DNA from: Clostridia bacterium
GTDB lineage: Bacteria; Bacillota; Clostridia; Oscillospirales; Acutalibacteraceae
Direction: 5' to 3'
Length of the DNA: 64,000 bases
NCBI GenBank assembly: GCA_030526115.1
Contig: JAUNDK010000002.1
Coordinates: forward strand, 29,236-93,235
Shown here: one piece after another, positions 49,686-59,209 of the stretch
Layout: each line of letters starts with the position of its first letter
Position numbering within the stretch: the first letter of the stretch is position 1
Notes under the pieces: model-generated
Seen by the model: the letters and a program-made list of their open reading frames with translations, nothing else
What the model was told of the DNA's origin: nothing
Database searches by the model: none
Translations under genes and position numbers: made by a program

Positions 49686-51629
49686 TTAGAATATCATGAG
49701 ATAAAGAACCGTCATCATAAGACCTATACCAAAGAGAAGGAAACCGTAGGAAATGCTTCGCTCAATAATCTTAATGCTCTCATCAAGATACTGTCTCTTG
49801 AGATTTCTGGGCTTTCTGACAGGTGGAATGGAGCTGTCTTTGTAAAGAGTTTTTCTCAGTACCAGAACAAGCAGATCTATGAAGCTGTCACATATTCTGC
49901 AAACAAATGTGAGTACCGCAGGAATAACCTTTAAGATAATCGGGCGGTAAACAGCGTTCTCAAGATCCCACCACTTCGGCCAGAGATTTACATATCTGTC
50001 ATTTTTCATGAGCAAACCTCTGATGATGAAGATGTAAACGAGAGCACCGATTATTACGGAGATAATCGCACCCTTGAGGTTTACAAAGCTGAAGTAGTGA
50101 ATTGTGTGACCGCTTTCCTCCAGCTCAAAGAACTTCTCACCTAAAACTGCCACCTTGTCCATGGTCTGATGTGGGAAAAGTCCCCATACAAGAAGAACAA
50201 GGGCTGAACCTGTAAGAGCAAAACCCGAACCGAAGTTCATATAATTTTTCTTTGCATCATACTTCTTCTGAAGTTCCCCGTCGTCATTCTTTTCTACAAA
50301 GATTGCAACAAAGAGCTTTGTCATGTAGGCAAGGGTAAGTCCGCCGCTGAAAAGGAAGATAATCTCTATGATTCTTGTCATGTAGCCGAACTCCATGAGG
50401 AGCAGACCTTCGTGAAGCAGGGTCTTGCTGACATATCCGCTGAACATTGGGATACCGCCGATTGCCAAAGCACCGATAAGGAAGATAATTTTGATAAGCG
50501 GTTTCTTTCTTCCCCAGCCCTTTATTCTGTTGAGGTCGAGGGAATGTGTGTTCATGTAAACAACACCGGCCGCCATAAAGAGAACCAGCTTGATGAGTGA
50601 GTGGTTTACCATGTGAAGCATGCTTCCGTGACCTGCAAGGAACTGCTCCTCGTGAACTATGTTTGCTGTTCCGAGACCCACAAGAATGAAACCGACCTGT
50701 GACATGGAGGAACAGGCTAAAGTTCTCTTTAAATCAACGGAGAACACAGCGAGCATCGCACCGCCGAACATGGTAAGCACACCGAGGGCGAGTATCCACT
50801 TGCCCCATGCGACATCACCACGGAAAATCTCGAAGCTCATTACTATGATTCCGAAAATACCGGACTTTGTGAGAATACCTGAGAGCAGTGCGGAAGCCGG
50901 AGCCGGGGCAACCGGATGAGCCTTTGGGAGCCAGATATGAACAGGGAAAGCACCTGCCTTTGCGGCAAAACCGAAGGTTACGCATGCGCCTGCAAGGTAA
51001 AGTATCTGTCTGTTCTCACAGGCTTTTGCGGCTGCAAAGAGTTCGCTCATCTCGAGGGTACCGAGCTGATTGTAAAGGATGAACACACCCATCAGCATTA
51101 CAAGACCACCGATAACCGCAACGCCCAAATAAGTTTCTGCGGCTCTGAGTGCCTCTTTTGTCTCCTCCTGAGCTACCCACACATAGGATGTGAAAGACAT
51201 AATCTCGAAGAAGATGAATGTTGTGAACAGATTGCTTGAGAGGAAAACTCCCATTGTTGCCCCAAGGGTAAGGAACATGAAAACATAGAATCTTGTTCTG
51301 TTCTCGTGGTGGGCAAAATACTGTCTTGAAAGTATGGTGGTCATCATCCACATGAGGGCGGCGACAAGACCGTAAACCAGTCTGAAACCGTCAAATGTAA
51401 ACTTAAGACCCATACCGCATATTTCGTTAATCACACAGCTGAAGCTCTCGCCTGCGCTTACGGCAGGGTAAAGAGTGATGAAAGCGACTGTCATGATTAT
51501 GAACTCGATGATTGCACCGAAGTCTGCAAAGTAGTCTCTTGCGTTTTCGTTTATCATTCCGATGAGTCCGCTCAGAAGAGCAAACCCGAAGGGAAGAAAT
51601 ACCAGAACCGCAGGTAAAATTGTAGTCAT
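49686..51629 (-). CDS. Antiporter-like subunit, NuoL/MrpA-type (proton-conducting membrane transporter family)
   Basis: 647 aa, multi-TM. Conserved WLP.AH..AP.P.SALL block and a C-terminal extension with additional TM helices. Confidence 0.85.
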   Translation of the reverse strand: MTTILPAVLVFLPFGFALLSGLIGMINENARDYFADFGAIIEFIIMTVAFITLYPAVSAGESFSCVINEICGMGLKFTFDGFRLVYGLVAALMWMMTTILSRQYFAHHENRTRFYVFMFLTLGATMGVFLSSNLFTTFIFFEIMSFTSYVWVAQEETKEALRAAETYLGVAVIGGLVMLMGVFILYNQLGTLEMSELFAAAKACENRQILYLAGACVTFGFAAKAGAFPVHIWLPKAHPVAPAPASALLSGILTKSGIFGIIVMSFEIFRGDVAWGKWILALGVLTMFGGAMLAVFSVDLKRTLACSSMSQVGFILVGLGTANIVHEEQFLAGHGSMLHMVNHSLIKLVLFMAAGVVYMNTHSLDLNRIKGWGRKKPLIKIIFLIGALAIGGIPMFSGYVSKTLLHEGLLLMEFGYMTRIIEIIFLFSGGLTLAYMTKLFVAIFVEKNDDGELQKKYDAKKNYMNFGSGFALTGSALVLLVWGLFPHQTMDKVAVLGEKFFELEESGHTIHYFSFVNLKGAIISVIIGALVYIFIIRGLLMKNDRYVNLWPKWWDLENAVYRPIILKVIPAVLTFVCRICDSFIDLLVLVLRKTLYKDSSIPPVRKPRNLKRQYLDESIKIIERSISYGFLLFGIGLMMTVLYLMIF

Positions 51630-51643
51630 GATTTAACCTCCCA

Positions 51644-53119
51644 TCAGAATAAACCGGCAGTAGCCGAAGAAATTGCATTGTTCAGATAGCTCGGGTTGAG
51701 ACCTATGATGAACATTACTATTACGAACACAACGAGCGGAAGCACCATTCTCCATGTTGGATCCTGAATCTCGGCATCCTTTGAGAAGTCGAAATCCTTA
51801 CCCGGGAAGTATGCTCTTACACTTATTGTCATCATGTAAATAGCTGTGAGCAGAGCGGAAATGAGTATTGCACCTATTCCGAGATAGCCCCAGAGTGTGC
51901 CCTCAGCCGCTGCGGCTTCAGCCAGATTCCACTTGCTGACAAATCCCGCAAGTCCCGGAACACCCATAAGGGCAAGTCCTGATAAGGTGAACACGGAGAA
52001 TATCTTTGGCATTTTTCTGCCGAGACCGTCAAGCTCGTGAATATAATTCTTGTTGGCCTTATGTATAACCGCACCTGCACAGAAGAAGGCTGTAATCTTG
52101 ATGAGTGCGTGACATACCATGTGGCTGAGTGCGGCATCAAGTCCTGCCGGGGACATAATGAGCGCACCGAAAAGAATATAGGAAAGATTTGAAACTGTGG
52201 ACCACGCAAGTCTGCGCTTGAAATGGGTTTCCTTTAAAGCACGGCTGCAGCCGTAAACTATGGTGAACATGGTTAAACCGAGCAGTAAGTACTGTGCCCA
52301 TGTTCCCTTTAATATCTCTGTGCCGAAACAGAAGTAGGTTACTCTGATACAGGCGAATGCACCGGCCTTAACAACCGCAACCGCATGAAGCAGAGCTGTT
52401 ACCGGAGTAGGAGCAACACCGGCTTTCGGGAGCCATGAGGAGAACGGGAACATTGCGGCTTTTACGGAGAAACCGCAGAAGCAGAGAACATACACAATGA
52501 GAATGAGGTTTACTCTGTCGCCAACGGCTGTCATATCAAGCACACCGCCTGATGTAAAGCTGGAGGATGTACCGAACATCAGAAGGAATATCATTCCTAT
52601 GAATGCGAAAGCCGCACCGCCTAAAGAGTAATACATATATGTTCTTGTGGCGTAAACCGACTCAGGATTCAGCTCATGAATAACAAGCGGAATAGTAACC
52701 ATGGTGAGCATCTCATAGAAGAAGTAAAGGGAGATTATACCCTCGCTCATGGCGATACCTGCTGTTACGCCGTAGGTAATCATGTAGAAGCCGAAGAAGA
52801 AGTTCTGTCTGTGCTCGTGCTCCATATACTCAAAGGCATAGAGTGTGGCAAACGGCCAGAGGAAGGCGATAATCGCACAGAAAACCTTGCCTGTGCCGTC
52901 CAGCTTAAGTCCTATTGTGAGCTGACCTGTGAACTTGAATATAGTCAGGGCTTCTTTCGGGCTTTTGAATATGAGCATGAAGATAATAATCGAAGTGATT
53001 ACAGTCATCAGCTCTATGAATGTATTTCTTGTTTTTGTTTTGCTGTGGGGCATTGCCATTACAATGATTCCGCTGATAATCGGAAGAAGCACAGCAATCA
53101 ACATCATTTTGTTAGACAT
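51644..53119 (-). CDS. Antiporter-like subunit, MrpD/NuoN-type (copy 3)
   Basis: 491 aa. SWLPKAGVAPTPVTALLHA block. Confidence 0.85.
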   Translation of the reverse strand: MSNKMMLIAVLLPIISGIIVMAMPHSKTKTRNTFIELMTVITSIIIFMLIFKSPKEALTIFKFTGQLTIGLKLDGTGKVFCAIIAFLWPFATLYAFEYMEHEHRQNFFFGFYMITYGVTAGIAMSEGIISLYFFYEMLTMVTIPLVIHELNPESVYATRTYMYYSLGGAAFAFIGMIFLLMFGTSSSFTSGGVLDMTAVGDRVNLILIVYVLCFCGFSVKAAMFPFSSWLPKAGVAPTPVTALLHAVAVVKAGAFACIRVTYFCFGTEILKGTWAQYLLLGLTMFTIVYGCSRALKETHFKRRLAWSTVSNLSYILFGALIMSPAGLDAALSHMVCHALIKITAFFCAGAVIHKANKNYIHELDGLGRKMPKIFSVFTLSGLALMGVPGLAGFVSKWNLAEAAAAEGTLWGYLGIGAILISALLTAIYMMTISVRAYFPGKDFDFSKDAEIQDPTWRMVLPLVVFVIVMFIIGLNPSYLNNAISSATAGLF

Positions 53120-53131
53120 ATCTGTACCTCC

Positions 53132-54646
53132 TTATATTAATCCTGCGGCAATACCGCTGACAAAGTTTACAAGTGGATTCGGAACAACTCCCAGCATGAG
53201 AGTTACAAGAGCGACAATTACAAGAATAACCGTCATGGAATCTACCTTCTCCCTCTCCTTTGCAAGTCTGCATTCCTCACCCGGGAGAAAGCCCTTGATT
53301 GTTATAGGAAGAAGATAGCCTGCTGTGAGAAGTGCGGATACAAGAAGAATCGCAGGTCCGATATATTCAATAAGTCCTGTGCCGGACTGTAATGCACCCT
53401 GAGCTAAATACCACTTGCTGATGAATCCGCTGAAAGGCGGAATACCTACAAGCGCAAGAGATGCAAAGGTATATGCCCATAGGGTAATCGGATATTTTCT
53501 GCCGATTGCATAGTAATCATCAACCATGGTATTGCCTGTACGGAAGATGAATATACCTGCTGTGAGGAACAGTGCGGTCTTGATGAAAGCGTGGAAAACA
53601 ACGTGGAGCATTGCACCCTGAACCGCTGTTTCTGTGAGGCATGAAAGACCGAACATGATGTAGGAAACCTGGCTGACTGTGGAGTAGGCAAGTCTCTTCT
53701 TGAAGATTTTCTCTTTGTATGCGAGCATGGAACCCATGAGAACCGTCATGAGGGAAAGGCCCATCCATGCAACATGTACCCAAGTGCCTCTGATGAACTC
53801 TGTGCCCACGATGTAGTATATGCTTCTGAATACAGCAAGCACACCGCCCTTTACGATGATAGCGGAAAGCACTGCAGATGCAGGAGCCGGAGCAACAGGG
53901 TGAGCGGACGGAAGCCATCCGTGAAGCGGAAGCATACCGGCCTTTGCACCGAAACCGATGAGAATGAGGAACACACCGACCAGAATTACAGGTCTGTTAC
54001 CTGACGCAAGGTTGATGTCAATTGTTCCACCCGGTGTGAAATTGAGGGTAATGCAGTTGCGGTAAAGTATATATATTCCGAAGAGTGCGCTGTATGCACC
54101 TGCCATGGAATAGAAAAGATACTTAAGGGAAGCCATTATGGATTCTCTTGTTCCGCTGTGAAGAACCAGAGGCATGCTGGTTACGGTCATAAGCTCATAG
54201 AAGAAATAGAGAGTGATGAGGTTGCCTGAGAAACAGAGAGCCACAAGCACCGCATATACTATGAGATAGAAACCGTAGAATCTTTTCTCGTTGCCCTCGT
54301 GATGCATATACTTGAAAGAATATATGCACACAAGAACCCACATGATTGTAACAACCGTTACGAAAAGTGTGGAAACTTTGTCCACTCTGAAATAAATCGG
54401 AATAAGTCCGACAAATTTATTTAGGTGAAGCTGACTTCCCTGCTGCTTAAAAGCAGAGAAGAGAGTTATCAAAGCTGAAACAATCAGCACAGCAAGAGTA
54501 AGAATGTGAGTGTTTCTTATCTCTTTGGCTGTCTTTTTTCTGCCCATCCAGTCATTTGACCAGCGGTGGTCGTTAAATGAAGATATGAGCATTCCTGTTC
54601 CGAAACCTGCCGAGAGCAGTGACGGAATCAATAAGATTAAGTTCAT
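53132..54646 (-). CDS. Antiporter-like subunit, MrpD/NuoM-type (copy 2)
   Basis: 504 aa. GWLPSAHPVAPAPASAVLS block. Confidence 0.85.
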   Translation of the reverse strand: MNLILLIPSLLSAGFGTGMLISSFNDHRWSNDWMGRKKTAKEIRNTHILTLAVLIVSALITLFSAFKQQGSQLHLNKFVGLIPIYFRVDKVSTLFVTVVTIMWVLVCIYSFKYMHHEGNEKRFYGFYLIVYAVLVALCFSGNLITLYFFYELMTVTSMPLVLHSGTRESIMASLKYLFYSMAGAYSALFGIYILYRNCITLNFTPGGTIDINLASGNRPVILVGVFLILIGFGAKAGMLPLHGWLPSAHPVAPAPASAVLSAIIVKGGVLAVFRSIYYIVGTEFIRGTWVHVAWMGLSLMTVLMGSMLAYKEKIFKKRLAYSTVSQVSYIMFGLSCLTETAVQGAMLHVVFHAFIKTALFLTAGIFIFRTGNTMVDDYYAIGRKYPITLWAYTFASLALVGIPPFSGFISKWYLAQGALQSGTGLIEYIGPAILLVSALLTAGYLLPITIKGFLPGEECRLAKEREKVDSMTVILVIVALVTLMLGVVPNPLVNFVSGIAAGLI

Positions 54647-54661
54647 ATATCACTACTCCTG

Positions 54662-56170
54662 TTAAGCAAACATTTCGAGGCCCTTCTGAATCAGATTTAC
54701 TATCGGATCAGAGGCAAGGCCGAGAACAAAGTTGATTACGATTAAAACTGCCATTGCAATGCTCTTTGACGGCTGTGAACTTACGGTTAAATGAGTGTAA
54801 CCTGTCTCATCCACATGGAGTCTCTTTGCAGGTGTGTAAATTCTGATAACGGTCTTCATGAAATAAACCGCATTGAGAATTGTACTGATGGCAAGGGCAA
54901 GGAAAGTGAGAAGCATCTTGTGAGCACTCTCAACACCCGCCTGAGCAAAGAGGAGCTTTGAGATGAATCCCGCAAAAGCAGGGAAACCGATCATGGACAT
55001 GGAACCTACTGTGAAAGTAAATCCTGCCAGCTTGTTTCTGTAACCGGAACCTGTAAGGCTGAGGAAATCTCTCTTGCCGCAGGATGTGTCCGTAAGGCCG
55101 GAGGCCGCAATAAACAGCAGTGACTTTGTTGCCGCATGAACCAGAATATGATAGATGCTGGCAATCATACCGTTTGTTGTACCGAGACCGATGCCCATGA
55201 AGATGTAACCGATCTGAGCTATGGATGAATAGGCAATCATTCTGCGGATGTCGTTTTCACGAATAGCATCGAGGGAACCGATAATCATACCCACAATACC
55301 GAACATGAAGAGCACATTTATCATCTTATCGTTTACGATAACATCAAAGCCGAAGACTCTGTAAATTATCTTGATGAGAATGAAAAGGTAACCCTTTGAT
55401 ACGAGGGATGAAAGTATGGCCGCACTGGAAAGAGTGGAGTAACCGTAGGCATCCGGGAGCCATGTGTGGAAGGGGAACAGCGCACACTTGATGCACAGAC
55501 CGACAACCATAAGGCAGATTGAAATGAGCAGCGGAGTGTTATAAGCTCCTGTTGCAACGAGGTTTGTTACAGCCTCTTTAATGTTGCTCATGAGAAGCTG
55601 ACCTGTAATTCCGTAAAGCCAGCACAGACCGAGCAGAAGAAGACCGGAACCGAGCAGGGACATAACCATGTATCTTGTTGCCGCGTAGGCGTTTCTGCCA
55701 CGCTGACGAATCATGATGAGTCCGCATGCTGAGATGGTGTTTATCTCAACGAAAACGTATGCTGTAAAGAGGTCGTTTGTGTAAACAAGAGCGATAAGGG
55801 AGCACATGAGAAGGTTAATCATGGCATAATAGAGGTTCTGTTTGGATTCCTCCACCTCGGCGGCTGTCTCGATTCTTCCGGCGATTACGCTGAAGAACAT
55901 AATCACGGAGAAGAACAGCGCCATGCCACCCTCGAGTATGCTGGCTCTTATCTCGTTACCCCATGGTGCCGGAAAATGACCCATGCGGTAAACAAAGCTC
56001 TCGCCTGTCTTTATGCAGTAGGCAAATACAAAGGCATTGAGCACACACATCATGAAAATCATGACTGTGTTTATGTATTTGACTTTCTTTCCCTTAAGTA
56101 CAGATGAGAGAGGACCTGTGAAAAGGGAAATGATTATGCAGAAAAAGGGAAAATTCTGAATAAAATCCAT
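54662..56170 (-). CDS. Antiporter-like subunit, MrpD/NuoN-type (copy 1)
   Basis: 502 aa. HTWLPDAYGYSTLSSAAILS block. Confidence 0.85.
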   Translation of the reverse strand: MDFIQNFPFFCIIISLFTGPLSSVLKGKKVKYINTVMIFMMCVLNAFVFAYCIKTGESFVYRMGHFPAPWGNEIRASILEGGMALFFSVIMFFSVIAGRIETAAEVEESKQNLYYAMINLLMCSLIALVYTNDLFTAYVFVEINTISACGLIMIRQRGRNAYAATRYMVMSLLGSGLLLLGLCWLYGITGQLLMSNIKEAVTNLVATGAYNTPLLISICLMVVGLCIKCALFPFHTWLPDAYGYSTLSSAAILSSLVSKGYLFILIKIIYRVFGFDVIVNDKMINVLFMFGIVGMIIGSLDAIRENDIRRMIAYSSIAQIGYIFMGIGLGTTNGMIASIYHILVHAATKSLLFIAASGLTDTSCGKRDFLSLTGSGYRNKLAGFTFTVGSMSMIGFPAFAGFISKLLFAQAGVESAHKMLLTFLALAISTILNAVYFMKTVIRIYTPAKRLHVDETGYTHLTVSSQPSKSIAMAVLIVINFVLGLASDPIVNLIQKGLEMFA

Positions 56171-56553
56171 TATCTGTCCTCCTCCTCTTTTTCTATCATG
56201 GCTGAAATTATATCGAGGTCAAGGCTGTGGTAACGGTCATAAAGTCTTATGGTAAGACCAAGCATTACAGCGGTAACGGAAACCGAAACAACAATACCTG
56301 TAAGAACCAGGCCCGAAGGAATCGGGTTGATGTAAGCTTCTACACTCTGAACACCGTCAACGACTATCGGAGCAACTCTGCCTGTTATGTAACCCTTGAG
56401 GGCAAGGAACAGGTAAACCGAGGTATCCATGATGTTCATACCGATGATTTTCTTTATGAGGTTGTGCTGCATGAGCAGATTACAGAAGCCTATACCGAAC
56501 AGTATCATTGAGATGGCCTCTGCATAATTTGTGAGGAGATTTGCAAAATTCAT
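56170..56553 (-). CDS. Mrp subunit C (MnhC/NuoK-like)
   Basis: 127 aa with three TM helices. 1-nt overlap with the downstream D-type gene. Confidence 0.85.
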   Translation of the reverse strand: MNFANLLTNYAEAISMILFGIGFCNLLMQHNLIKKIIGMNIMDTSVYLFLALKGYITGRVAPIVVDGVQSVEAYINPIPSGLVLTGIVVSVSVTAVMLGLTIRLYDRYHSLDLDIISAMIEKEEEDR

Positions 56554-56554
56554 A

Positions 56555-57508
56555 TCAATAATCTCCTTTCCTGAACATTACATAGAAGGTATACATTGTT
56601 CCCGCAACAACAATACCTACGCAGATATTGAGTATGAGTATGAGACCGGAGGAAATGATGTTTCCAGGTGTTCCCTTTGGAATAATGCTCTCTATGTGGT
56701 TTGCGCCTGTGTAGAAGGAATAGCTCTTGCAGAGGGCATAGGTTCCGAGAGCGGCAATGCTCATAATCTTGTAGGTTTTTGAAGTGAAGAAACGCTCTGT
56801 CTTGGCAAAGCCGAAGGCATTGATATAAAGGATAAGTCCCGCACCGATGATGGCACCGCCGGAGAATCCGCCGCCCGGTCCCAAATGACCACAGAGAATT
56901 ACATAAATACCGAAGATGAAAATCGGAGGAACAAGAACCTTTGCCACAACCTGAAGAATAGCGTCATTCTTAGGCTCGTAAATACGGTCGGAAATATTCG
57001 CCTTCTTCTTGTTGTCTTTTCTTAAAAGAATGAGAACCGCACATGTTGCAATAAAGAGAACATGGCTTTCACCCAGAGTATCGAAGGCTCTGTAATCGAG
57101 TATCATGCCTGTAACAATGTTTACGGCGCCTGTCTCCTGAAGGCCCTGCTCAATATAACGCTGAGCGACCTCATTATTAACAGGATTATCCGCATTACCG
57201 AAAGGTGGAAGCGCCGCTACACCGTAAAGCAGCATACCCACAAGGAACACACAGAAAACTATGCTGAAAACCTTGTATGTTCTTGAGAACCTTGCAACAC
57301 CCTTGTTATGGGTGACATCAAGAGCTCTTACCCTGATTTCGTGGGCATCTTTCTCGCTCTTTTTAAAGGCTTCGTCACTTATTGTCTTTTCTTTCTGAGG
57401 CTTCATCTCAAGCTCGCCGACAAAGTAGTCCTTTGTTCCGTCATACCATGACTTAAGCTTGTATGAAACGGTCTTTTTATATTCGCTCTCAGGAATTCTC
57501 CTCGACAT
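56555..57508 (-). CDS. Mrp subunit B-like (MnhB domain) with an N-terminal hydrophilic extension
   Basis: 317 aa. NIVTGMILDYRAFDTLGE and GHLGPGGGFSGGAI motifs, preceded by a charged region of about 70 aa. Confidence 0.8.
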   Translation of the reverse strand: MSRRIPESEYKKTVSYKLKSWYDGTKDYFVGELEMKPQKEKTISDEAFKKSEKDAHEIRVRALDVTHNKGVARFSRTYKVFSIVFCVFLVGMLLYGVAALPPFGNADNPVNNEVAQRYIEQGLQETGAVNIVTGMILDYRAFDTLGESHVLFIATCAVLILLRKDNKKKANISDRIYEPKNDAILQVVAKVLVPPIFIFGIYVILCGHLGPGGGFSGGAIIGAGLILYINAFGFAKTERFFTSKTYKIMSIAALGTYALCKSYSFYTGANHIESIIPKGTPGNIISSGLILILNICVGIVVAGTMYTFYVMFRKGDY

Positions 57509-57794
57509 CGTTTTCTTCCTCCTTTCCTTCGTCGTTCATATACTCATCGTCGTTGTTTTTCTCGATGGAGTTAATCTTCTTGAGTGTTACGAAGAAGAGA
57601 ACCGTTGTAACACCGGCACCAACCGCCGCCTCGGTTATGGCGAGGTCGGGGGATTCAAGAAGCACCCATACTATGGACATGACAAGGCTGTATGTCATGA
57701 ATATGAGAATTGAGTTAAGCAGACTTTTTGTGAAACTGGCGGCAATCGCACACACCACCAGGAATATGAGGAGAGATGCAAAAAAGATATTCAT
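57489..57794 (-). CDS. MbhD/DUF4040-like small membrane subunit (MrpA C-terminal-region homolog)
   Basis: 101 aa. SPDLAITEAAVGAGVTT motif and an acidic C-terminal tail. Confidence 0.75.
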   Translation of the reverse strand: MNIFFASLLIFLVVCAIAASFTKSLLNSILIFMTYSLVMSIVWVLLESPDLAITEAAVGAGVTTVLFFVTLKKINSIEKNNDDEYMNDEGKEEENDVEENS

Positions 57795-58174
57795 TATTTC
57801 TCCTCCTTTTCTTCGCTGTTTCTGTTCTCGAGCGCCTCAACCTCTTCGATTGAATAATGCTCATAGTGTCTGTCAGGTTCTTCATCGGTTGTAACCTCAA
57901 GTCTTGTGATAAGGTGAGATGAAACCGGAGAGGAGAACCAGAGGAAGATTATGACAACAAACAGCTTGAGACTTGTGAAGTTAAGTCCGCTCATTATGAT
58001 AAGACCCGCAAGAGCAAGACCTATGCCCAGAGTATCTCCCATGGCGGCGGCGTGCATACGGTTGAGAACATACCTGAATTTAAACACGCCTATCATCTCA
58101 ACGATGAAGATAAAAACACCGGCACATATGAACGCAGCGCCGATTACGAATCTAAGCCAGTCCAGAATGCTCAT
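57794..58174 (-). CDS. Mrp subunit G (MnhG)
   Basis: 126 aa with three TM helices. Start and stop overlap the neighbouring genes. Confidence 0.8.
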   Translation of the reverse strand: MSILDWLRFVIGAAFICAGVFIFIVEMIGVFKFRYVLNRMHAAAMGDTLGIGLALAGLIIMSGLNFTSLKLFVVIIFLWFSSPVSSHLITRLEVTTDEEPDRHYEHYSIEEVEALENRNSEEKEEK

Positions 58175-58473
58175 CTGTGATCCTCCTCATCTTTTCTCTG
58201 CAGATATACGCCCATATAAACCTTGCACAGTACAATAACGGCAAGGAAGCTGATGGCGGCATAAATTATGCAGATATCAGCAAGGTAACCTTCGTGCATC
58301 ATAACCGCAAGCAGAGCGATTATGGTGATAACCATGGTACCCATCATGTTTGTGGCAACAATTCTGTCAGCAACCCTCGGTCCGATAATAGCTCTTACAA
58401 GGCAGAGTATTACAAGAATTGAGAGTATGACAAGTATTACCACGAAAAATCCCATTACATTTGTAAGATCCAT
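58171..58473 (-). CDS. Mrp subunit F (MnhF)
   Basis: 100 aa. IGPRVADRIVA motif. Confidence 0.8.
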   Translation of the reverse strand: MDLTNVMGFFVVILVILSILVILCLVRAIIGPRVADRIVATNMMGTMVITIIALLAVMMHEGYLADICIIYAAISFLAVIVLCKVYMGVYLQRKDEEDHR

Positions 58474-58496
58474 TTTTCTACCCTTTCTTATAAAGC

Positions 58497-59009
58497 TTAC
58501 CAGTTACCGTTGGAGTTGCTTCTTCTTTCTCCCCTTAATGCCTGCTTTGCGACATTTTCCATCTCTCGGAGCATTTTCACGAAAACGCTCTCGCTCATGC
58601 CGACGGCAAGGGAGGTATCAAGGCAGTGGATGAGGTAATCATCCTCTTCAAGCATAACGGTGATTGTTCCGGGTGTTAATGTGATGGCATTGGCAAGCAG
58701 AGCCCTGCCTGTCTTTGTTTTGAGGTCTGACTTGAAATAGACAAGGGCCGGAACAGGCTCCTCACGCTCGGTGAGTATCATTTTCATGACATAGCCGTTT
58801 GCCTTGAAAATTTCAATGACCAGAACTATCACATACTTAACGCCCTTTGCGGCATTTCTGTAAAGAGCCACCTCTTTTTTGATGCTGTGATCCATAAATG
58901 CACACACAAAGGCAAACACAGCGGCGGCTACTATAAGACCGATGACCGCAATCTCGAGGGTAAGATTACCGTTGAATATTACCCATACAAGAAAAAACAG
59001 CAGATACAT
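58497..59009 (-). CDS. Mrp subunit E (MnhE)
   Basis: About 170 aa. ITLTPGT motif. ATG 59009 is best spaced from GGAGGA (the ORF track starts at 59015). Confidence 0.8.
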   Translation of the reverse strand: MYLLFFLVWVIFNGNLTLEIAVIGLIVAAAVFAFVCAFMDHSIKKEVALYRNAAKGVKYVIVLVIEIFKANGYVMKMILTEREEPVPALVYFKSDLKTKTGRALLANAITLTPGTITVMLEEDDYLIHCLDTSLAVGMSESVFVKMLREMENVAKQALRGERRSNSNGNW

Positions 59010-59160
59010 ACACATATCCTCCTGATATATATAGTAATGTGATACAGTAAAAATAACTCTTGCACATAGTTTTATATTATACCACTTTTGCCCCTGCTTA
59101 GCGGTGTTATTATGTACAAATCAATGCCGAAATTTTGTCCTGTTTATGAACTATTTTTGT

Positions 59161-59203
59161 AAAAAAAAGCGACGGTATAAGGATTATCTCCGAATACCGC
59201 CGC
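59161..59203 (-). terminator. Rho-independent terminator ending the peptide/radical SAM operon
   Basis: 10-bp stem GCGGCGGTAT/ATACCGTCGC followed by TTTTTTTT on the minus strand. Confidence 0.9.
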
Positions 59204-59209
59204 AGAAGC

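Noticed and set aside
50412-58633. Numerous 60-150-aa ORFs inside the Mrp-like genes on both strands
   Set aside because: All are nested within long multi-TM genes that have clear family motifs and tight operon spacing. None has independent translation signals.
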